Below the pieces are notes generated by a model. That model saw only the letters and a program-made list of their open reading frames with translations. It did not search any database and was not told the DNA's origin. Both the position numbers and the translations under genes were made by a program. From contig JAUZTB010000076.1 in NCBI GenBank assembly GCA_034780895.1, positions 42,910,639 through 42,974,638 on the forward strand: DNA of 64,000 nt, given 5' to 3'. Of this stretch, positions 12,860 to 25,852 are shown one piece after another. Position 1 is the first letter of the stretch. Every line of letters begins with the position of its first letter. Source of the DNA: Rhynchobatus australiae. Its lineage: Eukaryota.

Positions 12860-15800
12860 AAAATCTCATTTTGCTTCCACAGGAAGTTAAGCATCTCCAT
12901 CACACAACCAGTGTAACATGTTGTCTTTGACAATCATTATTGTTCCACAGGTTGAACCTTACAGCATTTGTATTTAACATTAACCCTCCAGACGACAAAA
13001 GCAATCTCTCTTAAATTAATACCAAAATTGTGGACCTGGCAGTGTCTTTGGCAAGAGAAACAAGAGTTAAATTTTAGGACTGAAGACTTGACATCAGAAA
13101 TGTTGGTTCAGATTTTGGTGTTTCAGGCTGCAATCCACACAGGAACAGTCCCAAACTTATTTGGCATAAGTCGATGGGGAACATTTTATAGTGCTGTACC
13201 ACAGGACTTCATGTGATACCCAGAGATACCTCTAACAGCAGACGAAGTTGCAGATGGAACTTTACCAGTCAGACTACTCCAGGCAAGCAAGGTAGGTCCT
13301 CCTGACATGGGGTGGCTGTGGATAGTGGATGAAAGGCCATTGCCAGCAGTATCTGGCCCATGAACTCTTTTTCTCTTTCCACAGATGCTGTCTGATGTGC
13401 TGGTATGTTGTGTTTTCATTTCAGATTTCAACATCCCCAGTATCTACAACTGATATGATTGGGGACCAGGTTTTGCACAAATGAAGATGGTAAGACCATT
13501 GACTTTTGTAGCTATTTTGCTTTTCCTACAGAGCATTTGTTTTTTTTAAATCTTATAATATATTTTGCACACAAATCCAAAATAACGGAATGAAAACCAT
13601 GTCCCATATCTCTATTAAAAATGTTCCTAAAAATCAAGTATCCCTGCCAATAGCATCAGAAAATTGCCTTTTAATATTAAGCAGAAAGGAACTTGCAGTC
13701 AATTCAGAACTGGGTGGTAGGATAGTTAATCAAGCACCAATTGCCTGGGAGATATTGGCAATGAACATGAACGAGCATGAAGGAACATTCATTACATTAA
13801 TACCAAGCCAAAAACATAATTTATGTTTATCTAGCAATCTTCTCTGCAAAGGAATCAACAGCAGCATCAGGTCTGTGTTAAGGATGCCTCCAATTTGTTC
13901 TTACCCAATGTGGCTGGTAGCATACTTCCAGCCAAACCTGGGCAGATGTTTGATGCCAGACATTTTGGGATCTCAGCAGCACTGATCAACAGGTAGCTTA
14001 CGGCCTAGTTTCTTAGCTAACGTCTTGCATTTAAGACTAAAGTCTTGATTAACAACATTTAAAAGATACTTGGATAGATATATGGATAGGAAAGATTCAG
14101 AGGGATATGGGCTAAACGTGGCTTAGAGGGGAATCTTGGTCAGCATGGACCATTTGGGCCAATGTGCCTGTTTCCATGCTGTATGACTCAGTTCACATTA
14201 TTGTTTGTGTGGCACTGCTTCCAGCCCAGCAAGAAACAGGAAGAGAAAATCCAGCAGTCCCAAACCACACTGATCTCTACCACCTTGTTGAACAAATTTG
14301 TTCAAGGAGATGAAGCAACATTGTGCTCACCGGATCCATCAAAATAACAGTTTGGGATTTATACTGCAATGGTAACAGAAATAGGCATTGGAAAAATCCT
14401 GCAAAGCATATAAAAATGTCTAAGGCCATAAATAACTTCCATGATATTTTCATTTTGAAGAGTTTCATAAAATGTTCCTGAATCTCATTGACTGTTGCAA
14501 AAAAAAACAATGAAGAGGCTCCCCACTGGAGGAAATTGTTCTTAAATAAATAGTGTATATTAAAACAAAATCAGGATGATTTATAGAAAATCTATTGAAC
14601 TTTCCTTTGGCCAGGGGTCACAACGGCTGTCAACTTTTCATTAACTTCTTGCTTCTTTGCTCCTGCCACCTCAGGAGAAGATTTACTCCTGCCGGTACTC
14701 CTGCCCATGTGGCCACTCTTCATGCCCTGGCCGGGGCAGTCAGTGGTGTCCAGTAACAGGACAACCCTGTTGCCCAGCTGCAGTGCAACCAATCACAACC
14801 CGCAGCTGCCCAACCCTCTCGGTTTGATCACATGATAGCTGGTATCCGGTCACATGGCATCTAATGGTGTGACATTGTGTGCAATAAACATTACAGGTGA
14901 AGGAGTTCGTAGTTTGGAGAGAGCAGCGGTTGTACACATAGAGCAAAGATCTGCTGGTGTGAACTAAGAACTCAACTGCTCTCTGCAGTGGGGAAGTAGG
15001 ACGTCATTGATTTTTGGGGTGGGAGGCGCAGTCGGAGAAGTTAAAAGAGCCCACGTTATTGATGCCCAGTGGAGTGGTCTAGTTTTCTCTAGTGTTTGGC
15101 TTCATTGCCAAAGACTTCTTTTCCCCAGGACACTCCAGCCTAGCTGAAAAAGTTAAATATCATATGTACTGACATAATTTGATATTGAATATGGCTCAAA
15201 TTAGGGACCTTCCTGAATTCTTTGCTTCACTAATAAACCAAATTGCATATATTTGGTTTATTAATGAAGCAAATCCATTAAGCTGCTTTTTAACAATGTT
15301 CCACATTGAAATCAAAATCCAGAATTCATCTTGAAAACAACAATTTTTATTCATTTTATTTGACTGGTAGAATGAAATTTACAGACAAAACGTAGGAAGA
15401 ATAGTCAGTTGCAAATTAATGACTTCAAATATTTCAAGGCAAAAGTGTCTTCAAAGCATAGTTTTAATACTGAGATATTTAAATAAGGAATGTTATAAAC
15501 TTCATGCAGAATACACAACATAGTTACACTTCACCAGTGAAAATATAGGTGTTTGTTTATATTATAGATGACCTATCCATGACAAAAAAATAAGGGAAAG
15601 TGTTATTTTACAGCTAGTGTGTTTTAACATTATGTTCTGCGAATCTTATCGAGCATTTAAAGAGGGACTGCTGTTGTGGATAAAAAGAAAGACCATATTT
15701 ATAAGATTGGCATCATAAAAAAGTAGTGTAGTAACATGTTTCTCATACCAATTGGCACGGTGATTTGATGTATGTGATTGTGCTGTGTTTTGGCATAAGC

Positions 15801-17391
15801 CAAATGTTTTTGTTGAAGGATGTGAGTGGAAGTTTGTTTCTGGTCACTGCCATTGAACGATGCCATTGTATTGGCTGTCCCTTGCACACCCAGCTAATGT
15901 CTGATTCAAACGAAATTCTATTGCAGACAACCAAATTTGGAAGTCTAGCCCATACCACTGTAAGATGAATGAAACAGGTGAAGAGTGTCCAGCTCTTCAG
16001 CAGAATCACAATCAACAATGGTTATAATTAAACATCACATAACCAAGTGAATGTATAAATAAATAAGAAAAGATACAAAGATATCTAGAATACAAAGATA
16101 TCTAGAAGATATCACTAAAATGGATCACATTATCCTTGAAATAGTTTTCCTGAAATGTTCAGGCAGCTGATTACAACAGGAAAAGTACTTGGTGCAAAAA
16201 AAAGTCATCCCAGACCAAAGTACACGTAGATGGCGTCTGAGCAACAAGCATATAAATGTCCAGATTCACGTAGTAGTTTCCCTTTTGTTTGCCAACATAG
16301 TCTTTGATTGTAAAGCACTATGGGACATCCCAAGGGCAGTTATAAAACCTGCAAGTATTTGTTGTCAGAATTGCACAATTTCATTGGGGTGCTGTCTGCA
16401 AGGCAAACTCACTCCAGTTTCCAGTTATCCCACATTCATTCAGTTTTCTAGAGTCGTTTATTGATCTTCTTAAATTCATTCACACCACATCCATTGAGAG
16501 ACAAATATTTTATAACAGTACATTTAGGGATGTTCCCAATGTTTAAGGCTGTGGCAAGTTTGAGATTTGAGAGTGCTGCTGTGAAAGGTGTTAATGCTAC
16601 TAAAAGCTTTCTAAACATTGCATGTTCTTGTACTGGATAATTCAGTAATCCAAGTTGTTGCATTCATGAAGCTAGTTCTCACAAAAAAAGGTTTCATACA
16701 GGATTTCATCTGGCTCACTCCCTGTGAACAGCTGAAAGGAATTGGCTCCAAATTACCCATTCCATTTTGAAGTGATTTTAGTGCTCTGTGGAATCTATGG
16801 CAGGTGATAGAAATGCAATGATGCACTACATGATGTCTATTAACCAATTAGTCCCACACCCATGCTCTTTTTCCCATAAAAAGCAACAGTGACAATATTG
16901 TTTATACATATTTAAGCATTTGCTTACTAAGAACTCAAAAATATGCATGAGTTATCAGTAAAGAGACTTTAGTTAGTATAGGAGGCAAAGGGTGGACCTC
17001 AATACCACAATTAAGGATTAACCCCTTGATAGTGTGATCTGATATAATCACTATGCTGGTGTGAGTTAATATTGTAGCAGCATATCATTCTGTGCAAGGA
17101 GCAGAGATCAAAACTCATCATTTATTTTTGGCTACATTTGCACCTAGGAAAGAAGCAATGGATTAGGAAGAAATTACAACAAAAGGTGGCATATAGAGGT
17201 GGAATATAAATTCCTAGCAGAAATAGAGAAAGATTAAGATCTCAAAGATATGTGAGATGACATACTAGATGAAATTTACATGTTCACAGCATTGTCTTTT
17301 ATGAGTGTCTATATATTTTCCTGATTTTTAAAAACTCCCCAAATCCTGTTGACAATGAGGAACAGTCAACTAGATTCATTTCAGAGGCCAC

Positions 17392-17952
17392 ATTGCCCCC
17401 CACATTTGGAGTATTGTGAGCAGTTTTGGGCCCCAAATCTGAGGAAGGATGTGCTGGCTTTGGAGAGGGTCTAGAAGAGGTTTACTAGAATGATCCTGGG
17501 GATGAAAGAATTAACATGTGAGGAGTGTTTGATGCTTTGGGACTGTACTTGCTGGAGTTTAGAAGGATGAGGGAGGGTACCTCATCGAAACCTACTGAAT
17601 ATTGAAAGGCCTGGATAGAGTGGACGTGGAGAGGATGTTTCCAGTAATGGGAGAATCTAGGAAGAGAGGCACAGCCTCAGAAGGAAAGGATATCCCTTTA
17701 GAACAGAGATGAGGAGGAATTTCTTTAGCCAGAGGGTGGTGACTCTGTAGAAATCATTGCCACAGACGGCTGGGGAGACCAAGTCATTGGGTATATTTAA
17801 AGTGGTTCTTGATTAGTAAGGGCGTCAAAGGTTACGGGGAGAAGGCAGGAGAATGGGGTTGAGAGGAAAAAATAAATCAACATGATCAAATGGTGGAACA
17901 GATTGGAAGGGCTGGATGGCCCAATTCTGCTCCTATGTCTTGTGGTCCTATG
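17392..17952 (+). mobile_element. CR1-clade LINE 3' end, well preserved
   Basis: HLEYCEQFWAPNLRKDVLALERV*KRFTRMIL and EMRRNFFSQRVV motifs; typical tail ...aattctgctcctatgtcttgtggtcctatggtc. Confidence 0.85.
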
Positions 17953-18839
17953 GTCTCTTCACATATCGTTTTGCAATTTTTCCAGTCCTTTCTAGTTTTG
18001 CCTCATTCTCCCCAAATGGCACAGGATCTCAGTTGGCTACTGCTCCCTAGAAACCAACAGATTTCTACTAATTCAAAAGTAGTTGTTCATCACATAACAA
18101 AATGTCTTTAGGCTCATCAACCCAGAGAGAAACTGACATTAGTAGCAACCAGGAATGGAAACTTGTCAGCTATTTAGTACTGCGTACCCTAACAATTTAC
18201 AGAGGTACAGCACCATTAGAACAGTCAGTCAAATTGTGAAAGGGCCACTAGAAGACCCATCCTACAACGGTTGTGGCGGATATTGACTTAATGCTATTGA
18301 AGGATAAAAACAATTTCCAACATAAATAATTGTGTCAAAAACAATTCAACATTTTAGTGATGATAAAAAAAATCCATCAACATTGCTTGGCAGCGTCTCT
18401 CTAATACACTTCTGGGATATTGAAAACTTTAAAACTGTAAACCAACTTGAAATGCTGAATGATTCTATGAATTTGAAATGTAGACAATAATATTCTGCTC
18501 TGATCGTGGCCAACAATTTCTGAAAAATGATTTAGAAAGAAAATCCTTAATTATAGCCTAACTGTGCTGGAGGTTGGAGACAGGGTGGCTAGGGACATGT
18601 TGTTGGGAGTAAGCACCAAAATAGCCAGTGTAATGTATACAACAAAGATTAAATATTTAGATAAATGTGATAATATCTGAATCAAATGTTCTTTGAGAAA
18701 ATTGCAGAGGTTGTTACTGTTTTCTTTTTGTCGGTCTCTGGATGGTTGTGGTATTGCATGAAATATCAGATTTTTCTGATTTTTCTTCTGAAAATAGGAA
18801 ACTTTCATGATGAATACAACTCCTGTTAGAGCAAAGCAA

Positions 18840-19093
18840 TTAGGGCCGTTCAACGGCTGCAACGTTGAAGCATCCTTTGGGTAAAGTGTCTCTGATTTGC
18901 TCAAGATTTCTAATATCTCCAAGGATGTCACCAATGTCACGGTCAAAAGCTGCAATTGTGCCCTGCTGCTGAACAGCAGCATCCGTCAACTGTTGAAAGT
19001 ATAGTTGTAGTTCATTAATCCATTGGGTTTTAAAGACCTCAAGTGAATTCTCTATACGTTCCAGCTTAGTAGTGTCAATCTTGGCTGGGTTAT
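18840..19093 (-). CDS. LAMC2: laminin gamma-2 last coding exon (coiled-coil end and C-terminal tail), 254 nt including stop
   Basis: ttacAG acceptor; DNPAKIDTTKLERIENSLEVFKTQWINELQLYFQQLTDAAVQQQGTIAAFDRDIGDILGDIRNLEQIRDTLPKGCFNVAAVERP*; typical laminin gamma C-terminus. Confidence 0.94.
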
Positions 19094-19739
19094 CTGTAAA
19101 TGAAACACAATCATTGACTAAACAATGCTTCCTCGAGCAAATCAGGAAATTTTATGGGTATATATGAGATCAGTGGATAGATGTCTCAGAGCTGGAGGGA
19201 AAGAAATGCCAGTAAAGCCACAGATATTTGAGTTAACAAAAATAAAAAATATCGAGATCTGGTTCCCACACATTTCCCTTAGAGTGTTCCAGCATGTTAT
19301 TTCTGAAGAGCTAGCACTGCAGATTTCTATTCCATGCTTGCCACATGCATCTTAAATCCCAAAGGATGTTGGTCTTTCTCATTTTTAGCTTATTGAAGAT
19401 GACCCACAAAACATGCATTGCCTAACCACTGCAGTTTGGTGTCAGTGAGAAAATTCATTAATCATTGTGTGCATCAATTCCAAGTCTGGATAATGGGTTT
19501 AAAATAAAACTTTGCTTGTATGCATATATACAACAGGATACAAAGAACTCTACTTTGATGCCACAGAGTCATTGAATACTCCAGAAATCCCAATCTCCCA
19601 CGCAGCCAAAGCTGGTAAACAGTTCTCCACAGAAGTACAAGGAAACTCAATGCAAGTTTCAGCAGTGGGCTACTCATGTGGAGGACTGCAACAAATTACA
19701 AGAGGACTTGAATGATGGGAATATAATCAGCTAATAATT

Positions 19740-20490
19740 TCAAAGGTTAAGTATCAGATTTTTTTCTTTTTGAAAAGAGGTCTTGTGGTTTTTTATTGTG
19801 TAGACTTGGATTTTAAATGGGATATAGGACTATGGGGACCTGGGAATACAGGATTCACTAGTACACATTAATAAAACAATCGCCAAAAAAAAAATCGGGC
19901 ATTATGGTTTATGTCTAGAGAGGTGGAATATAGCAGTGAAGTAGGACTTGTATTGAGGTCTGGACATTGAGTAGTGAATACAGTCCCAGCTATTATATTG
20001 TAAAGAGTAAATAGATGCAGCAGAGTGGGTGAAAAAGAATTGATACAGATGGCACCAGATCTATAAGGTTATACCTTAAGTGAAATGATGGACAAACTTG
20101 TAAAAGAGGCCCAAGAGGGTGACCTAATAAGAGTTGCATTGTGGAGTAAACATTCCAAGGGTATTTCCATTTCTGGGGAAGAGCAAAATAGAATGTGTGG
20201 TGTAACCAAAAACTTGAGTAGGAATTAAGAAGAAATCTTTGTACTCAGAGAGTGGTAAAAATGTAGAACTCACTATGACTGGGAGGCAAAGAGTAAAGAA
20301 ATATTTAAGGGAAGGCTGGATTACCACATGAAGGTATTGAAAGAAGTTATTCATGTCTTTTTGTAATTTGTTGAAGTTCCCAGTTTTGATGTTATTCATA
20401 AAACAACTTGGGGGGGAGGGGCCTAAATAGAGTATAAACTGCAGCAGGGATTGGTTGGTAGGGCTGTTTCTGAGCTCTATGTTCTGGGCA
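19740..20490 (+). mobile_element. CR1-clade LINE fragment, highly decayed
   Basis: Colinear similarity to other CR1 copies in this window; boundaries approximate. Confidence 0.5.
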
Positions 20491-20740
20491 CCAGTGATGA
20501 GTTGGAATAGTTCTTCTCCATGTCCTCCAAGCTATTTAAAAACCAGCTCATTTTCTACAATTAGACCCCATACTACTATCTTATAGTCCCTAGTTGTACA
20601 CCTGCTATACTGCAGTTCTGGTACAGTTTCTAAGACTTAAAACAGAAGTCTTTCTGGCAATATCTTTGAACATTTTAAATTAAAATAATTTGATGCATGA
20701 AGATGCAGGTGTAGCTCACTTATAAAGTTGTCATGCTTAC

Positions 20741-20840
20741 CCATTGAAAGCAGTAAATCGTTTATCAACGTCATCATTTTGTTCACAGAATCCTTTGCAT
20801 TTGCTGTATTGCTTGTTGCTGCACTCACACTGCCTGTAAT
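20741..20840 (-). CDS. LAMC2: laminin gamma-2 exon 22 (coiled coil), 100 nt
   Basis: ttcAG / GTAAG; ITGSVSAATSNTANAKDSVNKMMTLINDLLLSM. Confidence 0.9.
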
Positions 20841-21019
20841 CTGAAGCAATAAACAAATGGTTAAATGCATTGATTGATATGATAACTGCTCACAGATTAG
20901 GAAAACTCCAAATTTGACCCAAATATCTCAAACGTGGCCAAGGCTATGGTGAAGATGGTGCTGTTGGTCTCAGACAAGACTGAGTCATGAAAGGAAGTGA
21001 TTCCCCCACCCTGTGCTGA

Positions 21020-21946
21020 GTACATAAGAACATAGTGCAGGAATAGGCCACTTGGCTCCTGCCCTGTCATTCTGATTCATGACTGACCTGCCCCAGGCTT
21101 CATCTCCCCTTCTGTGCCAGTTCCCTGCAGCCCTCAAGTTCCTGATCTTCCAAAAATATATTTACTTCCTCTTTAAGCACCCCCAGTGTCTTAGCCTTCA
21201 CAACCCTCCTGGATAGAGAATTCCAGAGATCTGCCTCCATCTGAGAGCCTATGGACCTCTGTTTTAAATNNNNNNNNNNNNNNNNNNNNNNNNNNNNNNN
21301 NNNNNNNNNNNNNNNNNNNNNNNNNNNNNNNNNNNNNNNNNNNNNNNNNNNNNNNNNNNNNNNNNNNNNNNNNNNNNNNNNNNNNNNNNATTGCCCCTCA
21401 TTCTTCGAAACCCCCCCAAAGAATATAGATCTAATTTCTTTAGCTGCTAGTGATAGGATAACAGTTTCATTCGAGCAATTAACTGTGAATCTCTTTTAAA
21501 CAGTCCCCAATGCCGATATATCCCTTCTTCAATGATGGGACCAAAACTGTGCATAGAACTCAAGATGTGGCCTCACTAGTACTCTGTCCAATTATAATAA
21601 TATTTCCCTATTTCTAAATTCCAAGCCTCTTGCAATGAAAACCAAAATACTATTTGCCTTCCTATCAGCACATTATCAGCAAACTTAAATACCTTACACT
21701 CTTCCCCTCCTCCAGGTTGTTTATATAAATCATAAGTAATTGAGGACCAAGATCCGATCCTTGGGGCACTCCACTTATTACAAGAAACTAGCCTGTAAAA
21801 GACCCATATTCCAAATCTGCCTTCTGTGCAATAACCAATCTTTAGTCCATCTAAACATACTTCCCCTATTACAGTGGGCTTGTATCTTGTGCACCATGTA
21901 GCACCTTGTCAAATGCCTCCTGAAGATCTAAACATACTACATCTAC
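21020..21946 (-). mobile_element. CR1-clade LINE RT and 3' fragment
   Basis: Minus strand VDVVCLDLQEAFDKV and agtggagtgccccaaggatcgg (SGVPQGS); acataagaacata tail near 21022. Confidence 0.75.
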
Positions 21947-22046
21947 NNNNNNNNNNNNNNNNNNNNNNNNNNNNNNNNNNNNNNNNNNNNNNNNNNNNNN
22001 NNNNNNNNNNNNNNNNNNNNNNNNNNNNNNNNNNNNNNNNNNNNNN

Positions 22047-22480
22047 CAGCAGCCCGCTTGACAGGCACCCCATCCACAACCGTTCACTCCCTCCACCACC
22101 GACGCACAGTGGCAGCAGTCTGTACCAGCTACAGGATGCACTGCAGCAACTCACCAAGACTCCGTAGACCTTCCAAACCCACCACCTCCACCAGCTAGAA
22201 GGACAAGGGCAGCAAAAGTCTGGGGAACACCACCCCTGGGAAGTTGCCCTCCGAGCCACCCGCCATCCTGACCTGGAAATATATCACCGTTCCTTCACCG
22301 TCGCTGGGTCAAAGTCCTGGAACTCCCTCCCTAACGGCATTGTGGGTGCACCCCACACCTCAGGGACTGCAGCGGTTCAAGAGGGAAGCTCCCCACCATG
22401 TTCTCAAGGGCTAATGGGGACGGGCAATTAAATGCTGGCTCAGCTTGCAAAGGCCACACCCCTTGAATGAACAAAAAAAA
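22047..22480 (+). mobile_element. LINE 3' end, same family as 960-2205, younger copy
   Basis: Colinear with about 1870-2205 (ggcaccccatcc..cagtggcagcagt..tgtacca..; ggactgcagcggttcaag); CpGs retained. Confidence 0.65.
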
Positions 22481-22709
22481 TCACAATTCTTCAGACCACA
22501 AAGTGGTCCACGTCTGTAGAAAACAAGGCTTCTCAGCCCACCAATGGGCAGATGTACCTGGCAGTGTGACTGTCCCCGACAAGAAGGAGTCTAATCACCC
22601 ACCCTTGTCATTCGCTTGCGTCTCCATTGCTGAATTGTCTCCCAGCACTGCCTTAGGGCAGTAGAGTGTTCTGTAATGCCAGAGGTGGTAAAAGGTTCCA
22701 TGTGAATGA

Positions 22710-23330
22710 CAATTCTCTTCCTCTCCTTTCTTCTGTCTTTCTTTCTCTCTTCTATTGCCTTTTTCTTATGTGTTTCTTTTCTCCTTATCTCTTTCTTTCT
22801 TTCCCAATCTTTCTTTGGCTTCTGTCTCTTTTTATTCTTGCTCTCTCTTTCACCACGTTCAGAGCAATGTCTACTCTGCGTGTGTGGGTGTGTGTGTATT
22901 AGATGTGTTCATGTGTGTGTGTTCGTGTGTGTTTCCATGCACACGTCTGTGTATGAATAAGCGTGTCTGTGTGTATGTATCTGTGTGTATATATAAAAGT
23001 GTATGTCTCTGTGTGTGTGAGAGAGAAAAAGTAATTGTATCTGTGTGTGTATAAAAGTGTTTCTATGTGTGTATCTGTGTATGTGTATTTATGTGTGTGT
23101 TTATAAAAGTATGTATCTCTGTGTGCTTATGTGTATTTATGTGTATCTGTGTGTGTATGTTTGCGTGTGTATATCTGTGTGTATCTGTGTGTGCATAAAA
23201 GTCTGTGTTTCTGTGTGCATATGTATCTTTGTGTGTATATCTGTGTGTGTGTGTATAAAGTTTGTGTTTCTGTGTGCGTGTGTATATCAGTGTGTGTGTG
23301 TGCATGTGTGCGCCTGTGTCTGTGTTTGTT
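22710..23330. repeat. Low-complexity CT-rich tract followed by degenerate (TG)n/(TA)n microsatellite
   Basis: Directly visible; source of the spurious V/C/Y-rich and H/T-rich ORFs. Confidence 0.9.
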
Positions 23331-23877
23331 TACCAAACTTCCCACAAGATTAGAGCTGATTGGGTCTGGACTTAAATTAATATCATGACCACATTCCTCT
23401 CAAGAGCCCATTGTTCTCCCTCATCAGCTTAAGCATTATTACAGGCGTATAGCTGTGTGTGTCCCTGACATACGGTCCCATTGTGGTGGCGTGGTCTAGC
23501 TCGAGGGCCCTCTGACCACTTAACGATGGGGAAAAACAGATGCTGTTTTCAACCTCCTTCAGACTGGCAGATTAAGGGCTCAGTTCTCAAGAGTCTGGGT
23601 CCGAGTTTGTTTGGGCGAGTTCATGTTTTGACAACTTGCTGGGGGAGGGGTTTGGAATTGTATCTTTCCATTAAAGTACTGGGCCAATCACTGTCTCATA
23701 AGGACCCACCTCTGGGGACAAGATACTTCAGAATCCTGTTTCCTCTCAACCTCTCCCTTCTCATCACCCTCTTTTTGCACCCCTCTCTCTTCATAGAAAT
23801 TGATAGCCCAAAGAAGACCACTCAGCCCATCTTGTCTATCCTGGACGATAAGGACTGATCCCACTTTCCAGCTCTAA

Positions 23878-24440
23878 AGTCATAGTTATACAGCATGGAA
23901 ACAGGCCCTTCGGCCCAACTGGTCCGTGCCGACCAAGATGCCCCATCCAAGCTAGTCCCACTTGTATCTAGCCCATTACCTTCTTGGTTACTGTGCATCA
24001 AGTGCTCATTAGATACTTTTTAAATGTGCTGAGGGCTTCTCTCTCTGTAGCATGAGTTCCAGACCCTTGCCACCTCCTGGGTGAAAAGCTTTTCCTCAGC
24101 TTCCCACTCCTCCTTCCACCCGTTACATTGAATCTGTGTCCCTTAACTGTCGTCCCCTCTGTTAGAACGCTGTGCACCTTGATGAAATCTCCCTCCACCC
24201 TCCGCTGTCCTGCAGGAAACAACTCCCACCCTTTTGTCATGACTATAATTACCTGGCCCTGGCCTCATCCTCATGAATCCCCTCTTCACCCCTTCCTAGT
24301 GCTGTTAACTCCTTTCTGTGGCAGAACTGTACGCAGGAACCCGTGCAATGTTTTGTGCTTCAGGGATTACTTTGCCTCCTCTTGTACTCTACATATCGGT
24401 TAATAAGCGCAAGTACCCCTTATGGCTTCTGAGCCACCTC
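23878..24440 (-). mobile_element. CR1-clade LINE 3' fragment
   Basis: Plus-strand gtcatagttatacagcatggaaacaggcccttcggcccaac tail; minus-strand QRRVEGDFIKV..KGHRFNVTG remnant. Confidence 0.65.
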
Positions 24441-24584
24441 AGCGTGCGTTGACGGCGCAGCAGCTGGGATATCAGACCAATAACCCAGCGTCCTGCATTA
24501 ACAATACAAGGATCCATAGAGTCATACATCAGGGAAACAGGCCCTCTGGTCCAATGAGTCTGCACTGACCGTCATTGGTATTGG

Positions 24585-24740
24585 TATAAGATGTCTTTAT
24601 TAGTCACATGTACGTCAAAACGCACAGTGAAATGCGCCTTTTGCGTAGAGTGTTCTGGGGGGCAGCCCCCAAGTGTCACCACGCTTCCGGCGCCAACATA
24701 GCACGCCCACAACTTCCGAACCCGTACGTCTTTGGAGCAT
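24585..24740 (-). mobile_element. SINE 3' fragment (same family as 54218-54495)
   Basis: ttagtcacatgtacgtcaaaacgcacagtgaaatgc...cccacaacttccgaacccgtacgtc closely matches 54235-54370. Confidence 0.7.
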
Positions 24741-24819
24741 CCGGAGGAAACAATAGATGTTGGTCCAGGGTTAAAACATTGGCTAGGACTAAAATTATGC
24801 CATTGGATCTTTTATGTCT

Positions 24820-25135
24820 GAGGGCACGTACCACCAGACTTAAGGACAACTTCTACCCCACTGTGATAAAACTATTGGACGGTTCCCTTATACAATGAGA
24901 CTTTGCCCTCACAATCTACCTTGTGGTGACCTTGCACCTTATTGCACCGTACTTTCTCTGTAGCTGTGACACTTTACTCTGTACTGTTACTGTTTCTACC
25001 TGTACTACCTCAATGCACTCTGTACTAACTCAAAATAATTGCACTGTGTAATGAATTGACCTGTACGATCGGTTTGTAAGACAAGCTTTTCACTGTACCT
25101 CGGTATAAGTGCGAATAATAAACCAACACCAATAT
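24820..25135 (+). mobile_element. Rex1/Babar-like LINE 3' end
   Basis: RARTTRLKDNFYPTVIKLLDG C-terminal motif; its tail recurs at 10619-10690. Confidence 0.6.
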
Positions 25136-25693
25136 TCAAGAATTTAAATGAAGAATAACGTGCAAAGAAGTGCCATCAACTACTGAATGAAATTGCAGTG
25201 TATGAAGTGTAGGAAGGAAGGTGTGTAACCACACACAGCTCCAGAGAAAATATCAGAAAACCTTTAATCCTCTCATTTCAGGCCTCCCACATTAAACCTT
25301 CCACAAGAGAGAGGAGATGGTAACTAAAGAATTATTTCCATCCACTGTAATTCTTGGTGTTTATTTGTAGTTATGGTGTTCTTTGCTCTGACTAGATGTT
25401 ATTGCCAAGCTGCAGTTTTCTAAGAACATTCAGTGGGTTAAAAGACTGAAGGCAGCAGTGAACATCCAGGTTTGTGCAAACTTATAAAAAATGCAGCACC
25501 TCAGAACTCATTTTATCTCCTTTCAGCAGTTTAATCCTGGACTACAAAGGCTTATTGCATTCTTTTCCCAAGAATTACATATTTCTCTCCTTAGGCAGAA
25601 AGCAGTGAAATTCCTGAAAGACTTGTCACCTCAATAATTAGAGATAAAAATCCAAATTGAATGCAAGTTAGAAAGCATTACAAATAATCTTAC

Positions 25694-25852
25694 CGTCTCT
25701 GCCATCAATGCATCTTCATTTACAGATCTCTGTTTATTTGCCAAGTCAGTCTCCAGCTGTATCAATTGTCCATTTATATCTATCCTGTTTTGATCCAGTA
25801 ACATTGTATCATTTAATGCAGCTTCCACATCAGATAGTGATTGAATTGCCCT
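25694..25852 (-). CDS. LAMC2: laminin gamma-2 exon 21 (coiled coil), 159 nt
   Basis: aacAG / GTAAG; RAIQSLSDVEAALNDTMLLDQNRIDINGQLIQLETDLANKQRSVNEDALMAET. Confidence 0.88.

Noticed and set aside
16068-16112. Tandem duplication atacaaagatatctaga x2
   Set aside because: A simple local slippage duplication with no array or spacer structure; not CRISPR-like.
15200-18800. PolyA signal of the laminin gene
   Set aside because: Several minus-strand AATAAA candidates exist (e.g. near 17121, 16457, 15345) but none can be singled out without transcript data.
18551-18982. 143-aa minus-strand ORF
   Set aside because: Alternative frame overlapping the real last laminin exon and its 3' UTR.
22666-23388. 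Multiple ORFs rich in V/C/Y, F/L/S or H/T
   Set aside because: They are translations of CT-rich and TG/TA simple repeats.
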